A stretch of DNA of 64,000 nt from Amoebidium appalachense (taxonomy: Eukaryota > Protista > Ichthyosporea): the NCBI GenBank assembly GCA_963693365.1, contig CAVNZM010000011.1:806001-870000 (forward strand), in the 5' to 3' direction. Below the pieces are notes generated by a model. The model was not told where the DNA came from and searched no databases. It worked only from the letters and a program-made list of their open reading frames with translations. Position numbers and translations under genes: made by a program. Positions 50,441 to 64,000 of this stretch are shown piece after piece (the stretch's first letter is position 1; the number at the start of each line of letters is the position of its first letter).

Positions 50441-50854
50441 CAAGGGGTTGTGGGGTTTTGACTGCGCTACCCGTTTTACCTTACACGTAATCGTACTGTC
50501 AAACTTTCTAAATCGTATTCGCGGTGTTCGTTTTCGTCTCATTTACGACTCGTAAAGACCCCCTACATTATTGAAATTGACGACCCATTTCAGTTAATTC
50601 TACGCTCCCTTAGCAATTACACACCCTAAGAGACAAAACAGGGCTTCATATTCCGCTGTGGAGTACCAAACTAACGACCTGACCACCTTTTACCTGGGAA
50701 AACACCCATTTTTGTATGAAAAAGCACCAAAATACACAATCTTTCCCTACTTCACTGCTACGAAAAACCAATACAGCACCTAACAGCGTTACTCGTTTTG
50801 CCCCCCTGGGCTGAATCGTAAATACGACGATTTTGGGTCGTAATTCAACCCCTG
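50441..50854. mobile_element. Non-autonomous hAT-like DNA transposon (414 bp) upstream of peroxidase copy 1
   Basis: 8-bp TSD CGCATGAT at 50433-40 and 50855-62; termini caaggggttg / caacccctg; multiple tcgta/tacga subterminal motifs; absent at the homologous site of unit 2. Confidence 0.8.
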
Positions 50855-51044
50855 CGCATGATGCATCAACGGAATTTTCATTTTGCCCAATCAAAAAGAG
50901 CGTAGGCCAGCGGCAAAGGGTACAAAAAGAACTGCGTCTGCAATGGCAGCATTACTTTTCTGTTGGCTTTTCAGTGTTTGAAGGTTCTCTTCAGTTTAGT
51001 CATACATATACCGATCATACTTCTCCTTTACCATAGCCACAACA

Positions 51045-52046
51045 ATGCAGCTCCTTCTTGCCGTCTCTGCCGTCGTGGCCGCTGCCGGCCTTGCCGAAGC
51101 CCAAACCCCCATGGCCACCTACACACCCGCCAACTGCAACGAGTACCAACCGGCCACTGTTGACTGGGCCGCAGTGCGCAGAGACGTCCTCGCCTTCCTG
51201 TCCCGCCCAGACTGCAACCTGCCGCCAGAGGGCATCCCCTGCAAGCGCGTGGCCGCCCTCATGGTCCGTGCCTCGGCCCACGACTCCCTGCCCCTGCCCG
51301 GTGGCGCTGACGGCTCGCTGATGCTTGCGCCCGAGGAGCTCAACTACCCAGGCAACCACGACATGTTCCCGTGGGTGCACTATGTGCGCGAGGCCCTTTC
51401 CCCCATCGTAGCGGCCCACAGCATCAGCTGGGCCGACGCCATTGCCGTGGCCGGTGCTGTTGCCTCCGAGTACACAGCAGGGCTGGCAGGCAACCCCCGC
51501 GTGATCGTGCGGAGCCTCCAGACGGGTCGCTGCGACAACCCGACCCCCAATTCCAACACGCTGCCCGCGCCCAACCTGTCGCTTGAGGGCTACGTCAAGC
51601 TGTGGACTGACCGCAACATGACCATCGACGAGGGTGATGCGCTGATGGGCAGCCACTCGCTGATGCGGGACAGCGCCAATGCCACAGACACCAGCGGCCC
51701 CAACATGTACCACTGGGGCACAAAGTACTTCAGGGACACCCTCACAGGCACCATCACCGTCACCAACGACAGCGTGCAATGGAGCGAGGGCCACTGGCGC
51801 TACAACGTCAACGATGCGCTGCTCGCGGAGCAGAACATACAGAAGCTGGCCGACAGTGCGTCCAAGTGCCCGTTTGCACAGCGCCACAACAAGAACTTCC
51901 GGCGGTTTGCGCGCAGCAGCCCGGTGTTTGATGCGGCCTACAGTGCGGCCTACGGGCGCCTGTTGGACCTGGGCGCCCACTACACCGCACACAGCCACAC
52001 CATAGACATGCTGACCCTGGCCGCAGCCGACAAGAAAGAGGCATAA
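51045..52046 (+). CDS. Secreted non-animal heme peroxidase (peroxidase-catalase superfamily), copy 1, intronless, 333 aa
   Basis: Signal peptide; distal AALMVRASAHD; GGADGSLM; ISWADAIAVAGAVA; GRCD; LPAP; proximal ALMGSHSL; D-ALL; several NxS/T sites. Confidence 0.9.
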   Translation: MQLLLAVSAVVAAAGLAEAQTPMATYTPANCNEYQPATVDWAAVRRDVLAFLSRPDCNLPPEGIPCKRVAALMVRASAHDSLPLPGGADGSLMLAPEELNYPGNHDMFPWVHYVREALSPIVAAHSISWADAIAVAGAVASEYTAGLAGNPRVIVRSLQTGRCDNPTPNSNTLPAPNLSLEGYVKLWTDRNMTIDEGDALMGSHSLMRDSANATDTSGPNMYHWGTKYFRDTLTGTITVTNDSVQWSEGHWRYNVNDALLAEQNIQKLADSASKCPFAQRHNKNFRRFARSSPVFDAAYSAAYGRLLDLGAHYTAHSHTIDMLTLAAADKKEA

Positions 52047-52577
52047 AATAGACTGGGTGTGACATAGAAGCCAAAGGCAGAGCGGGATTGATCAGTGCAC
52101 TGCCCATTAATTATATGGCTACCTCAAGCTGCCTAAGGTAATATGTATAGCAGTTTTAAGGGATTTGCGTGTAGTACTAGTATGTATTACTCCAAAATTA
52201 GTTGATCTTCTCTGGGGGCTGGTACCCTCAATAAGGCGGCAGTATTGGGACAAGACTTGACAGTAATCATAAAAGTGGAAGTTATTGACAATAAAAAACG
52301 GCAAAAACCAGGTGCGATCGCTATGACTGAATCCGGAAACATGGTGATAGTGTACATCTGCATAGTTAATACTAAGTAGCACGAAATGGCAACTTGGAGC
52401 AGGTTCAGACACGAAGTGCTTATGATGCCAATTAGCATAAAACCAGCTAAAATGCAGCTATGATGAGTTTTCGCACGTGTTCTCCCCCCTTCCCCCCAAA
52501 AATCACACACACACACACACACACATACACACACACACACACTGTGGCACGTGACACACACCACACACACACACACC

Positions 52578-52663
<86 letters not shown>

Positions 52664-53646
52664 CACACACACCATGACACACTACATGTTGATAGTCTAC
52701 ATCATACACACATTCACATTAAAAAAACAAACAAACACAAACGACACAAACTAGGCAACGCGCACACAGGCATGCACACACACACACACACACAAGGTTA
52801 TACACATACACACCGTGATTGTGCATGAGGCCCACGCACACCATCCCCAACTCTTACTATACACACAAAAAAAGTCCCACACAAGCACACACACAAGCAC
52901 ACCATATGCATAACAGGTTCACACACACGTGCACACACACACACACACAGGACCACATACATACACATACACAAACACGCACACCAAAAAAATCAAACAG
53001 ACAAACACACACGCAGACAGGGTCACATACGTACACACACACAGATATAGGACACACCCGCGGACACAAAATTGCACCCACGGACCACAGCTGACACACG
53101 TACACGAAATATGTGTAATCATGGAAAAAAAAACACAAGCACGTGCAAAGCACCATGCACACGAACGCACACACAAGCACTTAGTCTACACACACGTTCA
53201 GCTGAAGATACACACAGAAACACACACACATACATACACAAACACGCCATTTTTGAATTTTTTATTTTGTCCCGGTTGTCTTTGGAGGAAACCCCTAGGG
53301 GGTTCATCGTAGGAACTCTTCATCTTTTGCTAACATTAATTAAAGCTGCACCGGCTGTACCCTAGCTGGGATGTTAAATTGACACACCGTTACTACCGTA
53401 CCTACGTATATACACAAGCACCGTTTGGCCCAGGGGCTTTTGCCTCAGCCTTGCTATTGGAGATACACACACATACTCATTCACACACAGAGAGAGAGAA
53501 GAGACGCACAAACTCTCTCCTCTCTCGTTCTCCCTCCCTCTCTCTCCCTCTCTCTCCGAGTCACTTTCGCTCTCACTTTCTCTCTCTCTCTCTCTCTCCC
53601 TCCCTCCCTCCCTCCCTCCCTCCCTCCCCCCCTCCCCGCCCCCCTC

Positions 53647-53678
<32 letters not shown>

Positions 53679-53741
53679 CCCCCCCCCCCCCCCCCTCTCT
53701 CTCTCCCTTCCCCCCCCCCTCCCCCCCCCCACCCAGTCTTC

Positions 53742-53859
<118 letters not shown>

Positions 53860-54216
53860 TGTCTCTTTCTCACTCTCGCACTCTCTCTCGCACTCTCCCT
53901 CCCTCACGCATGCACACACACACACACACACACACACAAGCAAACACGCACATGCGCATACGAGGACACAGGCACTATGTTCAGCAGGGGGGCACACACA
54001 AGGGCTCCCATAGGGAAAGTGCTATGGATGCGTTATTAGTAGGCACACACTATCAGATCAAAAGCCGATATTCCGTAGTTGAAGAGGCATCGCCCCCCCC
54101 CCCCCCCCCCCTCCCCCCCGTCCGCCGCCCCTCACCCGATAAACACAGACACATACCACACACACACCGTGACACACTCACGCACGCACACGCACGCACA
54201 CGCACACGGACGCATG

Positions 54217-54250
<34 letters not shown>

Positions 54251-54255
54251 CGCAC

Positions 54256-54339
<84 letters not shown>

Positions 54340-54789
54340 ACACGCACACACACGCACGCACGCACACGCACGCACACGCACGCGTGCACATACACACACG
54401 CGCGCGCGCGCGCACACACACACACACACTCCACCACCACCATCGCCACCACCACCACCACCACATAACAACCTCTAGCCACCGTAAATGTGAAATGAAC
54501 TTCGGATTGGCCTTCTTGCCGGTCTGTAGTGTATTAGCGAGAGGTAAACATGATGGTTGGGGAGATTCTATTCGCTCAAATCATTGGCTGACTGAATGTG
54601 CAATTATTGCAATAGCCATATATAGCAACAGCTTCCCATTTTTGTTGGACACCTAGACGCATGAGCCATTCAGGAATCAAGACCACCTGCTCCGCGGTGC
54701 TTAAAGTGCGATGAAAGCCAGAACAGGGGCTGGTGGGTCACGGGTCGCACAAGGGAGATTATTGGGAACACAGGGCAGAGAAGCGGCTA

Positions 54790-55116
54790 AGGGTGGCTGG
54801 CGTCAGGTTTTGGCGGGGGGTGCCTGCTTGGGGCTGGCGCAACAGGTGTGTTGTGCATGCGCTCACGAGAGCCCACCTCCTTCCTGCACTTGTAAAGTGC
54901 ATCCCTGTACACGTCCCGCTCCTCCCCGCCCCCCTCCCCCTTCCCCCCTCTTTCCCCAAGCACAGAAACAAGGACATCTGCATGCTACCCACGCTCACAC
55001 ATACAGACACACACACACACGTGTTTTCTGGCCAGAGTTACGGCTGCTCCGCTCCCTCAGGCTAAACCTCCCACTGCTTCGGCGACGTCACATATTCCCT
55101 TCCACTAATTCTCCCT

Positions 55117-55157
<41 letters not shown>

Positions 55158-55317
55158 CCTCCTCCCTTTTTTTTCCCCACAGCGCTTACATATGTTTGGG
55201 GCGCCCTACCTGGACCAGTACATAGAGCAGAGCATATAGTGCACAGCACCAGTACTTGGCAAGGTCTATGGGGACCTGGGCCAGCTCATGGAGGAGCGAA
55301 AAAGCAGGCGGGTGGGT
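54790..55317 (+). pseudogene. Decayed duplicate of the first exons of the downstream HEXXH gene
   Basis: Homologous to 59372-59426 and 59923-60041, but ATG is changed to GTG (gctaagggtggct vs gctaaggatggct) and small frameshifting insertions are present (cttacatatg, agcatatagt, cagtacttgg). Later exons are missing. Confidence 0.8.
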
Positions 55318-55677
55318 GTGTGGTCTTGTGCGAGCATTGCATCCGTGTGTGCCAGGTTGAAGCGGTTACAAGGGGGAAGGGAGAAGGGAGAGGAGGGGGG
55401 AATCATTGGTGTGTGAACGGATGGAAGGGCATTGATGAATGATAACATATAAACAGAAAGGGGGAGGGGAAGGGGAAGGGGAAGGGGGGCAAAGGGGGTG
55501 TGGGAATTGCACTTCTTGTGGCTTTGGGGAAAGGTTGCTGGTGGGTCGGAGTGCAATCGGTTGGCATGGATAACTGGCTTCTGGTGATGAAGGGACGAGC
55601 AAGGCCGGTGCTTTGGAAGCTTCGGGCGGAGAAGGGGGGGCGGTGGTGGTGGTGGTGGTGGTGGTGGGGGGGGGGGA

Positions 55678-55711
<34 letters not shown>

Positions 55712-56291
55712 TGGCAATAATTCGTCACCTGAATATAGACAAAACATTGGGATATGGCCATACAATGTAGGCTACACACATTCTGCAACCGTTTCAAGTG
55801 GACTGGAAGCAGAATTCCGTGGGTTTACACTTTTTTTCTTAGGATAGCTGCGGAGGTCTTCTTTGATTGGTAGTTTGATAGTGATATCATATCAATTTAT
55901 CAAACTGCTTGTCTGCTTTGATTGGACACCCTAAATGTGGTTATCTCAGGTATGCATTTGGGCCGGAAGTTCGGAACTTGTTCCTTGGGTGGCCGCATTC
56001 TCTTAGAATTTCTCTAAGACTCTGACACATGATTGCTTCATCTGTCCTACAAGAAAAAACAAAGAAACTGAAACTTTCAGAGCGGCTATACATTGCCTAA
56101 ACGAAATGTTCTCTTTTTGGAAATTTGCAATGAGAGTAGAAAGCATGACTCTGAAAGAGCCGCTTGCGATTGAATGAGCTGTGACTCGTTTGTAAAGTAT
56201 ATGTTTTCTAACCCTGGGTCACACAGGAATCTTGAGATAAACAGTCGGGCCAATGAAACTTGCGTTCCGCATCAGCGGAATTTCCATTCGA

Positions 56292-56330
56292 CCAATCAAA
56301 AGAGCGTAGGCCATCAGCAAAGGTATATAA
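56292..56330 (+). promoter_or_regulatory. Putative CCAAT plus TATA core promoter of peroxidase copy 2
   Basis: ccaat at 56292 and tatataa at 56324-56330, ~105 bp before the ATG. CCAAT is conserved in copy 1 (50887), where TATA is replaced by tacaaaa. Confidence 0.5.
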
Positions 56331-56434
56331 TCATTTTCTAGGCAGCATTGCTTTTCAGTTTGCTTTTCAGTGTTTGAAGGTTCTCTCTGCTTGGATCATA
56401 TCAATTACACTACTCCTTTACCACAGCCACAACA

Positions 56435-57436
56435 ATGCAGCTCCTTCTCGCCCTCTCTGCCGCCGTGGCCGCTGCCAGCTTTACCGAAGCCCAAACCCCC
56501 ACGACCACCTACACGGCCGCCAACTGCAACGAGTACCAACCGTCCACGGTCGACTGGGCCGCAGTGCGCAGTGACATCCTCGCCTTCCTGTCCCGCCCAG
56601 ACTGCAACCTGCCTCCAGAGGGCATCCCCTGCAAGCGCGTGGCCGCCCTCATGGTCCGTGCCTCGGCCCACGACTCTCTGCCCCTGCCCGGTGGCGCTGA
56701 CGGCTCGCTGATGCTTGCCCCCGAGGAGCTCAGCTATCCGGGCAACCACGACATGTTCCCGTGGGTGCACTATGTGCGCGAGGCCCTTTCCCCCATCGTA
56801 GCGGCCCACAGCATCAGCTGGGCCGACGCCATTGCCGTGGCCGGTGCCGTTGCATCCGAGTACACAGCAGGGCTGGCAGGCAACCCCCGCGTGATCGTGC
56901 GGAGCCTCAAGACGGGTCGCTGCGACAACCCGACCCCCAACTCCAACACGCTGCCACCACCCAACCTGTCGTTTGAGGGCTACGTCAAGCTGTGGACCGA
57001 CCGTAACATGACCATCGACGAGGGCGATGCGCTGATGGGCAGCCACTCGCTGATGCGGGACAGCGCCAATGCCACGGACACCAGCGGCCCCCACATGTAC
57101 CACTGGGACACAAAGTACTTCAGGGACACCCTCAAAGGCACCATCACCGTCACCAACAACAGCGTGCAATGGAGCGAGGGCCACTGGCGCTACACCGTCG
57201 ACGACGCACTGCTGGCTCAGCAGAATGTTGAGAAGCTTGCAGACGGTGCGTCCAAGTGCCCGTTTGCACGGCGCCACAACAAGAACTTCCGGCGGTTTGC
57301 GCGCAGCAGCCAGGTGTTTGATGCGGCCTACAGTGCGGCCTATGGGCGCATGATGGACCTGGGCGCCCACTACACCGCACACAGCCACACCGTCGACATG
57401 CTGGCCCTGGCCGCAGCCGACAAGAAAGAGGCATAG
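56435..57436 (+). CDS. Secreted non-animal heme peroxidase, copy 2, intronless, 333 aa
   Basis: Same motifs as copy 1; about 31 amino-acid differences counted by eye (~91% identity). Confidence 0.9.
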   Translation: MQLLLALSAAVAAASFTEAQTPTTTYTAANCNEYQPSTVDWAAVRSDILAFLSRPDCNLPPEGIPCKRVAALMVRASAHDSLPLPGGADGSLMLAPEELSYPGNHDMFPWVHYVREALSPIVAAHSISWADAIAVAGAVASEYTAGLAGNPRVIVRSLKTGRCDNPTPNSNTLPPPNLSFEGYVKLWTDRNMTIDEGDALMGSHSLMRDSANATDTSGPHMYHWDTKYFRDTLKGTITVTNNSVQWSEGHWRYTVDDALLAQQNVEKLADGASKCPFARRHNKNFRRFARSSQVFDAAYSAAYGRMMDLGAHYTAHSHTVDMLALAAADKKEA

Positions 57437-58721
57437 ACTGAGTGTAACATAGAAGGCAAAGGCAGAATGCAGAATGGGATTGATAAGGGCACTGCCCAAT
57501 GTATAGATAGCTACAGTGACAGTGTAAAAGCATTATGCACATTAATTATCAAGGACTTGGATTTACGATAAGGCAGGAGCAATATTTACTTCGCGTTAAT
57601 TATCGTTGATAATAAAAATGGCCAGCTTAATATAAAAAAGAAGCATCAGGCCGGGCCACGACTGAATCCGGAGATATGTTGCTACGCTGTATATCTGCAT
57701 AGCTACTATCAGAGTACAGAAGCACGGAATACACGAATTCGTGCATGTCAATTGGCGCCAGAGGCTGCAGCTGAAATGCAGCTAGGTTCATGAAATCTCG
57801 CACGTGCACCTCCCCCCCCCCCCCCCCTTCCCCCGTCCACACACACATCTGCACATGGCACACGCACATACACACACCACACCCCCTCCCCCCTTCAAGC
57901 AGTCAAGCACAGTCACACACAAACACAAACACATGCCACTCCATGAGACACACTGTGCACAATCATACATATATTTGGGCCATGCACACACTCCCTAACA
58001 CATATGCAAAACACCCACACACGTGCAGCAGCACACAACTTACACATACACACATAGGGTCCACAAGCACATGAAATGCATTGACACACACCAAACACTG
58101 TACACACACACTCGCACAGTGTCAGCCACGCAATCACAAACACAACTTGAATAGAACCCATACACGCACACATACACAAACGCACACACGCGCGACAGGA
58201 GGCGCAAACACACTCGTACACACAACAATTTGAGTAGACAAACCCCCCCCCCCCCCCGAATCAGACCTCAAATAAAGGTTTAAATACAAACAAACAAAAA
58301 AAAAAAAAAACACAACACACACACCTGCATGAGCAGTTTGAGACACGCACACGCGTAGAAAAAGACACATTCAGATAAATAAACACACATGCACACACAC
58401 ACATGTACACGCACACACGCACACACACACGCGCACGCACGCACACACAAACGGTTTGAACACGCACACACACGCACGCACGCACACGCACGCACATAAA
58501 TTGTCAAACCCACACGCGCACATACATAATACGATCGGTGTCTATGCGGAAGACTTAGCTCCCTGAGGCAGTGCCTCGCCGGGAGCGAACCGGGATAAAT
58601 AAAAAACACACACACAAACATACGCACATACCCACACACACGCACGCACACGTACACACACACACAAACACGCACACGCACACACACAAACACGCATACG
58701 TGCGCGCACACACAGACGCTC

Positions 58722-58801
<80 letters not shown>

Positions 58802-58911
58802 CACACACCCACACACACACACGCGCACACGCACACACACACACACACACACACAAATACACGCACGCACACACACGCGCGCGCGCACACACACGCGCGC
58901 GCGCACACACA

Positions 58912-59017
<106 letters not shown>

Positions 59018-59371
59018 GTCCACCATCACCGCCACCACTACCACCACCACATATTACCCTCTAGCCGCCGTGTGTGAATTGACATGTTGGGCTAGGGGCC
59101 GGCACAGCTAGCGGCCCCCTTGCCAACTTGCTGTTGGAGGTTTACATTTTGGTTAGGGAGATTCTATTCGCTTTAGCCATTGGCTAATTGAATGTGTGAT
59201 AGCCAAATAAAGCAATTTTTGTTGACACCTAGACGCATGAGCCATTCAGGACCACCTTCACCTGTTGAAGTGACCATCGCCATTGCACAGCGAAACAAGA
59301 GTCAGACAGGCGCTGGTGGGTGGGTCGCAGAAAGGGGATTATTGGGAACACGGGCGGAGAAGCGGCTAAGG

Positions 59372-63550
<4,179 letters not shown>

Positions 63551-64000
63551 GTAAGTGTCATGTTTTATAAATGTCTTGTTCTTGATTGTCTTATTCTTTT
63601 GTGTCTTTTTGTTTCTTTGCCTTTTTTTTTTCTTCTTCTTTTTCTTTCTTTCTTTCTTTTCTTTTCTGCGCTTTTGGGTTGTTTTTTTTTGTTTTTTTTT
63701 TTTTGGGAGAGAGAGAGAGGGGGGGGGGGGGGGGGGGGGGGGGGAAGAACAGAGAAGGCTGCTGGTTGTGTTATGTGTGCATGGTTCTATTGGCCAGATC
63801 GGAGGAGGGGTATTTGTGTGTGTGTGTGTATGTGTGTGTGCTGTGGCTCGGGGAGGGGGGGCGGGGGGAGGGGGGATGAGAGAATAAGCAGTTGACTAAA
63901 TATTCTAGTATTGTACACTAAAGAGGTCTGGCTTCTGCCCTTCCCCACACTCCTGAAATGTCCCCCCCCACACTTTGCACCTTGTCACACATATATACAC

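Overview
This is a eukaryotic, extremely intron-rich window saturated with poly-C/poly-G tracts and (CA)n/(GA)n microsatellites; almost all ORF-track entries are low-complexity artefacts. Stitching exons by hand gives seven recognisable gene loci. (1) A 5'-incomplete class-IV PLP enzyme resembling aminodeoxychorismate lyase (+, 1234-4495, with an early TAA). (2) A CRT-family transporter (-, 7767-10384). (3) A MOSPD1/3-like MSP-domain membrane protein (-, 14038-19035). (4) A long intronless charged/RG-rich orphan ORF split by a G8 frameshift (-, 20987-24040). (5) A complete ~33-exon DNA ligase III with zinc finger, DBD, NTase, OB and BRCT domains (+, 25101-47925); its introns hold an antisense tRNA-Ser(UGA) and MITEs. 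(6) A ~5.4-5.8 kb tandem duplication carrying two intronless secreted non-animal heme peroxidases and a decayed copy of the next gene's 5' exons. (7) A HEXXH M48-like membrane protein with TMEM177-like layout that runs off the end of the window. The mix of animal-type and non-animal genes suggests a unicellular holozoan-like protist (inference). The most notable patterns are sense-strand poly-C tracts hugging weak splice sites, intronless peroxidases with an atypical distal pocket and divergent promoters (hAT insertion, TATA loss), and the catalytically intact TMEM177-like protein. All exon boundaries were read by eye.
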